A DNA stretch of 49,842 nt from an uncultured Lachnospiraceae bacterium (GCA_964456045.1 CAYWAD010000002.1:1-49842); one strand, 5' to 3'. Shown: positions 1 through 9,004, numbered from the stretch's first letter. Numbers and translations are program-made. The notes: generated from the letters alone by a model not told the origin.

Positions 1-319
1 GTTTTGTCTTCTTAGTCATAGATACGCGATAATCGCGGGGCTTCGGGCCGAGAGCCACACCGCCGTGAACCCACTGAGGAGCTCTGCGGGAACCCTGTCT
101 TGCGCGGCCGGTACCCTTCTGTCTCCAAGGCTTCTTACCGCCGCCGGAAACTTCGGTTCTTGTGAGAGTGGACTGTGTGCCCTGTCTCTGATTGAGCAAG
201 AACGCTCTTACTGCCGAATGGAGGACCGCGCCGTTAATGTCGGCTGCGAAGATCTTGTCAGATAATGTGATTTCACCGACAGTAGCGCCGGTCATATCTA
301 CCACTTTCATATTAGGCAT
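1..319 (-). CDS. rplD: 50S ribosomal protein L4, N-terminal part (gene runs off the left edge)
   Basis: My reverse translation from ATG at 319 gives [19 protein letters not shown]...[25 protein letters not shown], an L4 signature. GGAGGAG lies upstream. It directly follows rplC, which is S10-operon order. It is absent from the ORF track because it is truncated. Confidence 0.85.
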   Translation of the reverse strand, partial: MPNMKVVDMTGATVGEITLSDKIFAADINGAVLHSAVRAFLLNQRQGTQSTLTRTEVSGGGKKPWRQKGTGRARQGSRRAPQWVHGGVALGPKPRDYRVSMTKKTK

Positions 320-336
320 TGTCTTCTCCTCCTAAC

Positions 337-966
337 TTACGCTTTTACGCTGTCGCGAATGAACACGATACCGCCCTTGGCACCGGGAACGGCACCCTTA
401 ACAGCGATAAGGTTCTTTTCAGCGTCAACTTTTACTACCGCAAGGTTCTGCACCGTAACCTGTTCGTTACCATACTGACCTGCCATTTTCTTATTCTTGA
501 AGATGTGAGCCGGATCGATAACACCCATAGAACCGGGCTGACGGTGGATAGGACCTGTACCGTGAGTCATACGGAGTGTTGCGAGACCCCATCTCTTAAC
601 CGCACCTGTATATCCGCGGCCCTTTGTAATTCCCGTTACATCGACCTTTTCGCCTGCGGCGAAGGTATCGGCGGAGATTACGGAACCAACTTCAACGGAG
701 CTGATGTCTTCGAGACGGAATTCTTTAAGATGGCGCTTAACGTTTACGCCTGCACGTTTGAAATGACCTGCTTCGGGCTTAGTAGCCTTGGACTCTTTTT
801 TGTCCATGAAGCCGAGCTGAACTGCTTCATAGCCATCTGTTTCCTTAGTCTTTTTCTGAACGACTGCGCAAGGGCCTGCTTCTATAACAGTTACAGGAAT
901 CATGTTGCCGTTTTCATCAAAGATCTGGGTCATTCCGAGCTTTTTGCCTATAATGGCCTTTTTCAT
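337..966 (-). CDS. rplC: 50S ribosomal protein L3
   Basis: 209-aa ORF MKKAIIGKKLGMTQIF...; L3-like throughout; lies between rpsJ and rplD. Confidence 0.97.
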   Translation of the reverse strand: MKKAIIGKKLGMTQIFDENGNMIPVTVIEAGPCAVVQKKTKETDGYEAVQLGFMDKKESKATKPEAGHFKRAGVNVKRHLKEFRLEDISSVEVGSVISADTFAAGEKVDVTGITKGRGYTGAVKRWGLATLRMTHGTGPIHRQPGSMGVIDPAHIFKNKKMAGQYGNEQVTVQNLAVVKVDAEKNLIAVKGAVPGAKGGIVFIRDSVKA

Positions 967-1120
967 GAGTTTGTTTCCTCCTGTTTTGGTTATTGGTCGA
1001 TGACGATGGTAGTTGCGGGAGCCATCCGCACGTCTGCGACTTGACCTAAACTCGAACCGTACGCTTCATTTAGTAAGCGTCGTCATTCGGATCGGGTGGC
1101 TGTTTTTGTTTGCCGAGCAA

Positions 1121-1432
1121 TTAAAGCTTTACTTCAATCTCTACTCCCGCAGGGAGCTCGATCTTCATCAACGCCTCAATCACCTTCTGTGACGGCTTCT
1201 TGATAACAACGAGTCTGCGATGTGTACGCTGCTCGAACTGCTCACGGCTGTCCTTGTACTTGTGAACTGCACGGAGAATCGTTACGATTTCTTTTTCAGT
1301 AGGGAGCGGAATAGGTCCGGATACTTCGGCGCCATTTGCTTTAGCCGCCTCAACAACCTTCACGCTTGCCGCGTCTACGAGAGTGTGATCATAACCCTTT
1401 ATGCGAACATTGATCTTATCGTTTGCTGCCAC
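1121..1432 (-). CDS. rpsJ: 30S ribosomal protein S10
   Basis: GTG at 1432 is preceded by AAGGAGG (1441-1447) with 8-nt spacing, giving a 103-aa protein (V)[15 protein letters not shown]...[12 protein letters not shown]. The track ORF 1121..1510 over-extends the N-terminus. Confidence 0.93.
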   Translation of the reverse strand: MAANDKINVRIKGYDHTLVDAASVKVVEAAKANGAEVSGPIPLPTEKEIVTILRAVHKYKDSREQFEQRTHRRLVVIKKPSQKVIEALMKIELPAGVEIEVKL

Positions 1433-1692
1433 GTTTGCTGCCTCCTTAATATTACTACTAAAGTGGGGCAATGAACTGCACACGGCTCCGTGCGTCCATC
1501 GTTTGCTCAAAATTCAGTGCCGACCAACGTACCACAGGATCCGTTATGCCGGCAACAGAGTTCAAGCTCAGAATACGCACCGAAATCGGCACATTTCATT
1601 TGGCCCGCCCGACTCAAGGTCGGACATACTCCACGGAAATTTCCTGCTTCAAGAGCAGCCACCTTCCGCTTCTTCGCACACCAAGCTTTACT

Positions 1693-1721
1693 ATTTTATC
1701 ACAAGAATATTGTTTTGGCAA
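1693..1721 (-). promoter_or_regulatory. Candidate sigma-A promoter of the S10 operon (TTGCCA-17-TAAAAT, TG-extended)
   Basis: Read on the minus strand: TTGCCA (1721-1716), 17-nt spacer, TAAAAT (1698-1693). It would give a ~250-nt 5' UTR before rpsJ. Confidence 0.45.
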
Positions 1722-1814
1722 GTGTTTTTTTACCTTTTATTTGATTTTTTCAAAGAAACCGCAGTAAATTTTTGCACGAACTTTGCTTCGATTTTTTGTG
1801 CACATTGCACACAC

Positions 1815-1850
1815 AAAAAAGCTTCGCGATCAAATGACCGCGAAGCTTTT
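1815..1850 (-). terminator. Rho-independent terminator after the lipoprotein gene
   Basis: 12-bp stem 1817-1828 / 1839-1850 (AAAAGCTTCGCG) with a 10-nt loop. On the minus strand the stem runs into a T tract. Confidence 0.8.
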
Positions 1851-1865
1851 CCGAGTCTCGCTATA

Positions 1866-3293
1866 TTACTTAATGTAAGAATTGAGCAACTCGCCGTTTA
1901 CGCAACCGTAAATGGTATTGTTGATAACATAAATGGTTACGTGATACCATTCACCTACGGTGTAAGTATCGGAGATCTGAGTTGTATTGGAAAGTGTACC
2001 GTTTTCGCAGATCTGGAAGCAGGTAAGCGTGTTAGACCAACCGCCCTGGTTCCATCTTACATAGTTAGCGGCAGAAGGATCTTCCGCGTAGGAAACCGCG
2101 AAGTAAGGCATAAAGCCTTCAGCTCCGCTATCCTTGCGAGCATCAAATTCCATTACGTAGTTGTTCCAATCAGCATTAGCGATGGATTCGGTAAGAAGAA
2201 TTCCGCCGCCGGTGATGCTTGTGGATACGCACTGGAGAATTCCGCCGTGTTCGCCATCCTCATCTTCCGTCACCATCCAATCATCATGCCAGTCACCGTC
2301 GGAGGTTACATTTGCCCATGCACCGTCAGCCGCAACGTAGGATTCCCAATCGGAAAGATCTGTATCGGAGAAGTCATTTTCGTACATAACTTCACCTGTG
2401 AGGCAGCTCGTAACCTTGACATTGTCGATAGAGTAAGCTGTGCTCCAAGTACCGAATCCGATACCGCCGGTGTAAACTGCGGATTCATCAACCGTAGCAT
2501 AAACCTCGAAAAGCTGAGTACCTGCCACATAAAGAACGACTGTTTTAGCATTAAGAACGATACTTACGTTGACCCATTCGCCAACGGGAAGCACGTAGGA
2601 AAGGTCGATAGTATCAACGGAAGCCTTGCCGCCTTCAACATGAGTTACATTAACTTGGGAGTTTGTTCCGCCACCGAGGTTAACAACGTAATAGTTGTTT
2701 TCATCGGTGTAGCCGAAGTAGATCTGAGCGCCGCCGCAATCTTCGGAGAGCATGATCTTGGTTGTGAGCTGGATTCTGTTCCAGTCGGATCCGCCGAAAC
2801 GGAGAACACCGTCACCGGAGGTTGTAAGCGCCTTGTTAACCGGTTCGGTTTCTTCAGCTTCGGTTTCTTCATCGTCTTCAGCTTCTTCGGCTTCAGCTTC
2901 AACTTCTTCGGAAGGCTCATCTACAATAGACCAATCGGCAATATCGCCTACGATAGCCGTGAAATCGTCAAGGTTTGCGCCTTCGTCGTCAAATGTGTGT
3001 TCGAAAAGTGTGAGTTTGGTCTGGATGCCGACGCCCTTGACGTTGTCAAAGTAGATCTGACCGCCTGCGGAAGCGATTGCGAAATAGCCGCCGAAACTTG
3101 CGGTAGCATCGGGAACGTATTCTCTTTCGGTTGTACCTGAGTTGCCGCTGTCCGTGTTACCGGAATCACCCGAATCGGAAGCGTCCGCTGTATCCGGCGT
3201 GGGAACAGGAAGTTCCGGATCGTCCGAGCAGGATGCCAAGCAAAGCGGCACGAGCATACAAAGAGCAAGGATAATTGCTGTTATTTTTTTCAT
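1866..3293 (-). CDS. Lipoprotein with two ConA/LamG-like beta-sandwich modules separated by a poly-acidic linker
   Basis: 475 aa. Lipobox signal peptide MKKITAIILALCMLVPLCLASC; Asp/Ser/Gly-rich stalk; EEVEAEAEEAEDDEETEAEETE linker. The two halves share a W/Y-rich beta-rich pattern. The domain family is assigned by eye only. Confidence 0.7.
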   Translation of the reverse strand: MKKITAIILALCMLVPLCLASCSDDPELPVPTPDTADASDSGDSGNTDSGNSGTTEREYVPDATASFGGYFAIASAGGQIYFDNVKGVGIQTKLTLFEHTFDDEGANLDDFTAIVGDIADWSIVDEPSEEVEAEAEEAEDDEETEAEETEPVNKALTTSGDGVLRFGGSDWNRIQLTTKIMLSEDCGGAQIYFGYTDENNYYVVNLGGGTNSQVNVTHVEGGKASVDTIDLSYVLPVGEWVNVSIVLNAKTVVLYVAGTQLFEVYATVDESAVYTGGIGFGTWSTAYSIDNVKVTSCLTGEVMYENDFSDTDLSDWESYVAADGAWANVTSDGDWHDDWMVTEDEDGEHGGILQCVSTSITGGGILLTESIANADWNNYVMEFDARKDSGAEGFMPYFAVSYAEDPSAANYVRWNQGGWSNTLTCFQICENGTLSNTTQISDTYTVGEWYHVTIYVINNTIYGCVNGELLNSYIK

Positions 3294-3329
3294 ATTGTCC
3301 TCCTGACAAATATTTTTTTATCACAATTA

Positions 3330-3358
3330 ATTATAGCACGTCAAAATGACTTTGTCAA
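3330..3358 (-). promoter_or_regulatory. Consensus sigma-A promoter for the lipoprotein gene (TTGACA-17-TATAAT)
   Basis: Minus strand: TTGACA (3358-3353), 17-nt spacer, TATAAT (3335-3330), ~35 nt upstream of the ATG at 3293. Confidence 0.7.
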
Positions 3359-3396
3359 CACGTCCGAGATTCGTGTTTTTTAGTCATTTTCACTTT

Positions 3397-4920
3397 TTAC
3401 ACGTCAATTTCCGAAAGTGCGCGACAATCCGATTTGATTTTATCGTAAAGGCACGTGTAAATTTCATGCAGTGCGGCATATTTTCTCACGTTTTCCGAAT
3501 CGGGCTCACAGACACTTTTTGTTTTCACGGTTGCGTCGCACGCCTCGCGGACGTTTGAGTAAAGTCCTGCTCCGACGCCGGCAAGCAACGCAGCGCCGAG
3601 CGCGCCGCCCTCGTTCGAAGCCGCCGTTTTGATCCTGCAACCGAAAACATCGGCAAGCATCTGCCTCCAAAGCGGACTTGACGCACCTCCGCCGCACGCC
3701 ATTATCTCATCAACGCTTATCCCAGCCTCGCCGAAAAGCAAGAGACTGTCGCGGAGCGCAAACGTCACGCCCTCCATAACAGCGCGAAGCATATCGTGGC
3801 GCGTGTGAATCGACGTAAGACCGATAAACGCTCCTTTGGCGAACGGATCAAGATGCGGAGTGCGTTCGCCCATCAAATACGGCAAGTAAAGCAGTCTGTT
3901 AGAGCCGACGGGAACTTTCGAGGCGTACTCGTCCATCACTTTGTATACATCCACACCTCTCGCATCAGCTTCCGACTGCTCCGCCGAACAAAAGTTGTCT
4001 CTGAACCAGCGCAGCGACAGCCCTGCCGACTGAATCACACCCATAACGTGCCATTCTCCGGGCACAGCGGCGCAAAAGCTGTGTATGCGTCCTTTAGGAT
4101 CGTACACAACGGTAGGACTGTGAGCGAAAACAACACCGCTCGTTCCGATCGTGGCAAACGCGCGTCCGCCAGAAACCGTTCCGCATCCAACAGCGGAAGC
4201 GGCATTGTCACCCGCCCCACCGACAACGGGAATTCCGACAGGCAGTCCCGTTTCTTCGGAGCACAATCTTGACACAGTTCCCGTTATATCCTGCGATTCA
4301 ACGACTTTTCCGAGCATAGACACGTCAATTTGAAGTTTTTCGAGCACCTCATCCGACCAATCGCGCTTCGCTATGTCAAGCAGTTGCATTCCGGACGCAT
4401 CCGAAACGTCGGTGGCAATCTCGCCCGTCAGCTTATAGCGTATATAATCCTTCGGCAAAAGTATCGTTTTACATTTGTCGTAGATTTCAGGCTCGTTTTC
4501 GCGCACCCACAAAATTTTCGACGCCGTGAACCCCGTGAGCGCAGGCGACATCGTGATCTCCATCAGCCTTTTCGCGCCTACAAGCTCAGTTATCTCGTCG
4601 CACTGCTTTGATGTGCGTTGATCGCACCAGATAATACTTTTGCGAAGGACTTCCCCGTCGCCGTCAAGCATAACAAGTCCGTGCATCTGCCCCGAAAGTC
4701 CGATCGAAACAATTTCCGTTTTGTCCACCTCTGCCGTGACAGACGCAATTCCGCGGCACGCAGCATCCCACCAGTCGTTCGGGTTCTGCTCCGCCCAGCC
4801 CGCGTGAGGCTGATACAACGGATACTCAACCGTCTCTGACGCAATTTTGGTGCCGTCCTCACGGAAAAGCACGGTTTTAGTCCCGGACGTTCCTACATCT
4901 ATTCCAATAATGTATGCCAT
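3397..4920 (-). CDS. xylB: Xylulokinase (FGGY carbohydrate kinase)
   Basis: 507 aa; MAYIIGIDVGTSGTKTVLF... N-terminal FGGY motif, and GGGASSPLWRQMLADVFG near the C-terminus is typical of XylB. There is no xylA in the window. Confidence 0.85.
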   Translation of the reverse strand: MAYIIGIDVGTSGTKTVLFREDGTKIASETVEYPLYQPHAGWAEQNPNDWWDAACRGIASVTAEVDKTEIVSIGLSGQMHGLVMLDGDGEVLRKSIIWCDQRTSKQCDEITELVGAKRLMEITMSPALTGFTASKILWVRENEPEIYDKCKTILLPKDYIRYKLTGEIATDVSDASGMQLLDIAKRDWSDEVLEKLQIDVSMLGKVVESQDITGTVSRLCSEETGLPVGIPVVGGAGDNAASAVGCGTVSGGRAFATIGTSGVVFAHSPTVVYDPKGRIHSFCAAVPGEWHVMGVIQSAGLSLRWFRDNFCSAEQSEADARGVDVYKVMDEYASKVPVGSNRLLYLPYLMGERTPHLDPFAKGAFIGLTSIHTRHDMLRAVMEGVTFALRDSLLLFGEAGISVDEIMACGGGASSPLWRQMLADVFGCRIKTAASNEGGALGAALLAGVGAGLYSNVREACDATVKTKSVCEPDSENVRKYAALHEIYTCLYDKIKSDCRALSEIDV

Positions 4921-4959
4921 ATTTTCTCCACCGGTATTTTTTTCTTCATTTTATTATAT

Positions 4960-4989
4960 CACACGCACACGCGCACGCGCACGTATACA
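4960..4989. repeat. 30-nt perfectly alternating pyrimidine-purine tract (CA/CG/TA steps)
   Basis: CACACGCACACGCGCACGCGCACGTATACA read directly from the sequence. It is intergenic between lnt-GNAT and xylB. Confidence 0.9.
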
Positions 4990-5015
4990 ATACCGAAAAT
5001 TTCGGACATTATTTG

Positions 5016-7127
5016 TCATTTGCGGATAACGAATTCATACGCGATTCGAACTCTGTCACCCTCACCGTGCGAAAGCTGCACCGTGCCGCATTCTTCAAAT
5101 CCGTGACGTGACAGAAACGACTGCATAACGATGTTTCCTCTGTGCGTGTCCGCGCGAACGCTCTCCCTGCCGTCTGCTTCCGCAAACTTCAAAAGATACT
5201 CCACAAGAGCAGACGACGCTCCGCGGCCGCGGTAAGCTTCCGACGCGGAAACTCTGTGAATGACAGCGTAATTGTCCGTGTCCTTTTTCCATTCACCGTC
5301 GATTTCGGCGTAATCCGGCTCCGGCGGAGGCAAATACGTAGCCGCAGCCGCAATCCGTTCGGCTTCTTCGGCAACGTAAAGCGAATGCGCTTCAAGGTCC
5401 GCTTCCACAACCTCACGCGACGGATAGCCGTCCTGCCATTGGTCTATTCCAAGTTCTGCAATCGCCTTTCTTCCATCTGCGTACACCGCGAAAAGCTCAT
5501 CAAGATCCGTTTTATCCGCAAGGCGAAATGTGTAGCTCAGACGTTTGTTTTTTTTACGTTTTACGGCAACAAATATCGAATCCGCAAACAGAATTAAGAC
5601 AATCGCCGCAAACACCCAAACGAACAAGTTCCCTATGATCGAATAAAGCGTCCTCGTCGAGCGCATATAAACTTCGGACACGACGTAATTTTCCTCGTCT
5701 ATCGCGATTTCGTCAATGATTTCACCTGTTGGAGACAACACGCAGGTATAGCCTGTGTTCGCCGCACGCACAATGTAGCGATCTGTCTCAACGGCACGCA
5801 AAACCGCCTGCGCCGTATGCTGATACAGCGCCGCACTTTGACCGAACCACGAGTCGTTAGTCGAAATCGTCAAAAGCTCCGCGCCGTCGCGCACCGCGGC
5901 AAGCGAATATTCCTCGTAAATCGAATCAAAGCAGACAAGATTTCCGACCTTCCCGTAATCCGTCTCGGCAACGTAAGCGCCGTCGCCGGTGGAGACTGCG
6001 GACGAAAACATATCAAGACCCGCAAGCGGCGGAAAGACTTTTTTGACAAACGCCTCAAATGGGACAAACTCCCCAAACGGAACAAGCCTTTGCTTCCTGT
6101 ACACGCATTCGGTGTCGATACCGGACGTCGGTGACACGTTCAAAACCGCATTGTATGTATCTCCGTCGTCATCCCAGAACGAAGTTGCGAAGATCGTCAC
6201 GTCGGTTTCGGCAGCGAGACCTTCCACGAATCCCATCATGTACACGATCTTGTTGATCACGTACGGCAAGGTGGTTTCCGGCCACACAACAATTTCCGCG
6301 CCGTCCGCCGCGGCAGCATCGGTCAGCCGTTCGTACACATCGGAAACATTTGCATAGCCGTTGTCGCTCCATTTGTCCGCAGATGAGATATTGCCCTGCA
6401 AAGCCGCGATTGTCACGGCTTTTTCCTCACCACAGGCTGTATGTGTCGCGGAAACGATTCCGCCGAGCGCGAGATTTAAGGCAAATGTCGCGCACGCCAA
6501 ACTGAGCGAGACTATCGTCTTTGCGTTTTCGCGTTTGACCGCCCACAGCGCGGCAAGCGCCGCATATCCGTTGACAGCAACGATCACAAACGACACGAAA
6601 CACGATCCAAACAGTGACGCGGATCGCACAAATACAGGCGTATATGCCTGACCGATCGCAAGTCTGCCCCAAGGCACGCCTGCCCAGGTGAAAGTCTGAA
6701 GCCACTCAAAAACAGTGTATATCCCACCAAAAATGACAGGATAAAGCAGTTTTTTCGCAAATTTACTTCGAGCAACCGCAAGAAACAGTGGAACTTGAAG
6801 CATTGCGAACAACGCTTGGATCAGCGGAAGTCCGAGCCACGCCGCGACAACGGCGGCAAGCGCCGCAGGAGGTGTAAGTCCCGTAAAATCGAGCGGATAC
6901 ATCAGCAAAAACCAATGCCAAACCACTAAATAATACGGATAAAAGTACGCGAATCCGACAAAAAAGCCGCGCCGCGGAGACACTTCGGCTTTCGCAAGCC
7001 AAAATACGACCGTCAAAAACGGAACGAGAGCAAACCACTCCGCGGCGGCAGGCAAAAAGTATGAAACACAAAGTCCCGTAAGCACGCCCGACAGAGGCAA
7101 CAGTAAATAACACCACTTCTTTTTCAT
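5016..7127 (-). CDS. lnt: Apolipoprotein N-acyltransferase (Lnt, CN-hydrolase) fused to a C-terminal GNAT acetyltransferase domain
   Basis: Start chosen at ATG 7127 (MKKKWCYLLLP, GGAGAG upstream). Polytopic N-terminus, with the Lnt catalytic E/K/C contexts VVWPETTLP, YRKQRLVPFGEFVP and LVCFDSIYE, plus STNDSWFGQS. A last TM (LFVWVFAAIVLILFADSIFV) is followed by a ~170-aa GNAT-like domain (..VIHRVSASEAYRGRGASSALVEYLL..). Confidence 0.85.
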   Translation of the reverse strand: MKKKWCYLLLPLSGVLTGLCVSYFLPAAAEWFALVPFLTVVFWLAKAEVSPRRGFFVGFAYFYPYYLVVWHWFLLMYPLDFTGLTPPAALAAVVAAWLGLPLIQALFAMLQVPLFLAVARSKFAKKLLYPVIFGGIYTVFEWLQTFTWAGVPWGRLAIGQAYTPVFVRSASLFGSCFVSFVIVAVNGYAALAALWAVKRENAKTIVSLSLACATFALNLALGGIVSATHTACGEEKAVTIAALQGNISSADKWSDNGYANVSDVYERLTDAAAADGAEIVVWPETTLPYVINKIVYMMGFVEGLAAETDVTIFATSFWDDDGDTYNAVLNVSPTSGIDTECVYRKQRLVPFGEFVPFEAFVKKVFPPLAGLDMFSSAVSTGDGAYVAETDYGKVGNLVCFDSIYEEYSLAAVRDGAELLTISTNDSWFGQSAALYQHTAQAVLRAVETDRYIVRAANTGYTCVLSPTGEIIDEIAIDEENYVVSEVYMRSTRTLYSIIGNLFVWVFAAIVLILFADSIFVAVKRKKNKRLSYTFRLADKTDLDELFAVYADGRKAIAELGIDQWQDGYPSREVVEADLEAHSLYVAEEAERIAAAATYLPPPEPDYAEIDGEWKKDTDNYAVIHRVSASEAYRGRGASSALVEYLLKFAEADGRESVRADTHRGNIVMQSFLSRHGFEECGTVQLSHGEGDRVRIAYEFVIRK

Positions 7128-7149
7128 AGGCTCTCCAAAAGCAAAAAAT

Positions 7150-7184
7150 ATAAAAACACCGGAGAAGCGAGACGCTTCTCCGGT
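7150..7184 (-). terminator. Rho-independent terminator after the upp-rlu operon
   Basis: 12-bp stem ACCGGAGAAGCG / CGCTTCTCCGGT (7158-7169 / 7173-7184) with a 3-nt loop, followed on the minus strand by GTTTTTATATTTTTT. Confidence 0.8.
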
Positions 7185-7202
7185 ACGCAAATTTTGATTA
7201 AA

Positions 7203-8192
7203 TTACTTTGCGTCTTTGAATTCACGCATAAAGTCAACAGTTTTCAAATCTATCGAAAAGCTCTTGCCGTTAAGATACGCAAGCTCTCCGTCATATCCAC
7301 CGAGGCAAAACTCGATTTTGTACGCACAAAGCGCCTGTGAACGATACCCTTTCGTCCTGTCCGCGAAGTTTTTGCCGTAGCGCCCCTCGCCGAGAAGCGG
7401 CCATCCGCAATGCTCCATGTGAGCGCGGATCTGGTGGGTACGTCCGGTAACCAGTTCGATTTCGCAAAGCGAAAGCGCGTCCTCGCCTACTCCGACAGTC
7501 TTCAGCCGTTTATATTTCGTGACGATAGGCTTCGCTCCGGGCACGTTTTTGTCATACACACGGACACCTCCCGCGTTTTCGCGACGAAGATACGCTTCAA
7601 GCGTAGCAGACGTCGGATTCGGCTTGCCGTGAACGGCGCAAAGGTAAATTTTCTTTACCAAATGTTCCTTAATGATAAAATTCATTTCGCGAAGCGCCGC
7701 CGCGTTTTTCGCCGCGATAACAAGTCCGCGAGTGTTTCTGTCTATGCGATTGCAAAGCGCGGGCGCAAACGTATTTTCGCAAAGCGGATTGTACTCGCCG
7801 CGTCCGTAAAGATACGCCTGAATATGCCCAATGAGCGTGTTTTTGTCGTTCGACGCTTCACCGTCCGCATCGCCGGAATGCACCAGCACTCCGACAGGCT
7901 TATCGCATATAATGATATTATCATCCTCGTAAACGACAGTAAGCTTAGGTTTGATCGAGGCAATTGCGATATTTTCGTCCGAATCCGAAAAAAATTCATC
8001 GCTGATAAAAAGCTTTATCTCGTCCCCGACGTTAAGCATCAAAGACGGATCCGCCTTTTTGCCGTTGACCTTGACGCATTTCTGACGTATGTACTTATAC
8101 AAAAGCGACTTCGGCATTCCGACAGTCGCCTTTGCGAGGAACTTATCAAGACGTTGACCGCCATCGTTGACTCCAACGGTAAGAAGGCGCAT
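7203..8192 (-). CDS. RluA/RluD-family 23S rRNA pseudouridine synthase with N-terminal S4 domain
   Basis: 329 aa. S4-like N-terminus (RLDKFLAK...), catalytic-loop motif NRIDRNTRGLV, and C-terminal GRTHQIRAH. Confidence 0.85.
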   Translation of the reverse strand: MRLLTVGVNDGGQRLDKFLAKATVGMPKSLLYKYIRQKCVKVNGKKADPSLMLNVGDEIKLFISDEFFSDSDENIAIASIKPKLTVVYEDDNIIICDKPVGVLVHSGDADGEASNDKNTLIGHIQAYLYGRGEYNPLCENTFAPALCNRIDRNTRGLVIAAKNAAALREMNFIIKEHLVKKIYLCAVHGKPNPTSATLEAYLRRENAGGVRVYDKNVPGAKPIVTKYKRLKTVGVGEDALSLCEIELVTGRTHQIRAHMEHCGWPLLGEGRYGKNFADRTKGYRSQALCAYKIEFCLGGYDGELAYLNGKSFSIDLKTVDFMREFKDAK

Positions 8193-8815
8193 CAGATAGT
8201 GCCGAAAATTCTGTCGCCGGCGTCGCCGAGGCCGGGAACGATATACTTATCCTCGTTGAGGCATTCGTCAACCGCTGCGATATAAAGATCAACATCCGGA
8301 TGAACTTCCTCAAGATATTTAATACCTTCGGGAGCGCCTACAAGACACATAAGTCTGATCTGCTTGCAGCCCTGATTCTTCAAAATCGTGATGGAATCAA
8401 CCGCGCTGCCGCCCGTTGCGAGCATCGGATCGGAAAGAACAACAAGTCGGGAAGCGATGTCTTCGGGAAGCTTGCTGTAATAAAGCACAGGCTGATGAGT
8501 TTCATGATCTCTGTAAAGACCGATGTGGCCTACCTTTGCTGCGGGAACTATCTTCAAAAATCCGTCCGACATGCCGAGGCCGGCGCGAAGGATCGGAACG
8601 ATCGCAAGCTTTTTGCCCGACAGCTGCTTTGCATTCATTTTGCAGATGGGCGTTTCGATTTCATACTCCTCAAGAGAAAGGTCTCTCGTGATTTCGTATG
8701 ACATAAGCATGGATATTTCGTAAAGAAGCTCTCGGAATTCCTTTGTTCCCGTGTTCTTATCACGCATAATGGAAAGCTTATGGGTAATAAGCGGGTGGTC
8801 TATTACATGTACCAT
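8192..8815 (-). CDS. upp: Uracil phosphoribosyltransferase
   Basis: 207 aa; [20 protein letters not shown]...; PRPP-binding [13 protein letters not shown]; C-terminal [16 protein letters not shown]. Confidence 0.95.
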   Translation of the reverse strand: MVHVIDHPLITHKLSIMRDKNTGTKEFRELLYEISMLMSYEITRDLSLEEYEIETPICKMNAKQLSGKKLAIVPILRAGLGMSDGFLKIVPAAKVGHIGLYRDHETHQPVLYYSKLPEDIASRLVVLSDPMLATGGSAVDSITILKNQGCKQIRLMCLVGAPEGIKYLEEVHPDVDLYIAAVDECLNEDKYIVPGLGDAGDRIFGTI

Positions 8816-8975
8816 TAGTTAATATTCCTTTCGGTCTTTTATTTACGTTAATTATACTCCAAGAACGAATTTATTGCAATAGTAATTATTGCACAATCCT
8901 TTGTTTTTTGAATATCTTTGTGAATATTTATAAAAACGCGAGCGAAAATCGGCAAATTTTCAAGCAAACGATTAG

Positions 8976-9004
8976 TTTACACGTTTCGAGACAAATGATA
9001 TAAT
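8976..9004 (+). promoter_or_regulatory. Candidate sigma-A promoter for asd (TTTACA-17-TATAAT, TG-extended)
   Basis: TTTACA at 8976-8981, 17-nt spacer ending in TGA, TATAAT at 8999-9004. Confidence 0.6.

Noticed and set aside
967-1120. Unusually long (154 nt) rpsJ-rplC spacer with short inverted repeats (ACGCTT/AAGCGT; ATGACGA/TCGTCAT).
   Set aside because: The stems are short and I cannot show conservation or a terminator-like T tract. There is not enough evidence to call an RNA element, so I mention it only under the S10 leader finding.
1401-3140. 579-aa ORF on the plus strand, the longest in this part of the track.
   Set aside because: It is antisense to the well-supported lipoprotein gene (signal peptide, SD, promoter, terminator). 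The translation is low-complexity and Cys/Phe-rich with no SD, so it is a shadow ORF produced by codon bias.
7410-8285. 291-aa plus-strand ORF, and similar long antisense ORFs at 10928..11764, 13400..14113, 14844..15569, 16715..17356, 18359..18955, 24998..25864, 32592..33368, 36237..36797, 40531..41352 and 47505..48197.
   Set aside because: Each lies fully inside, and antisense to, a gene with clear family signatures (rlu, dnaB, gdpP, alr, nuclease, aroA, aroE/K, permease, SGNH). The translations are Arg/Cys/Phe-rich nonsense without start signals.
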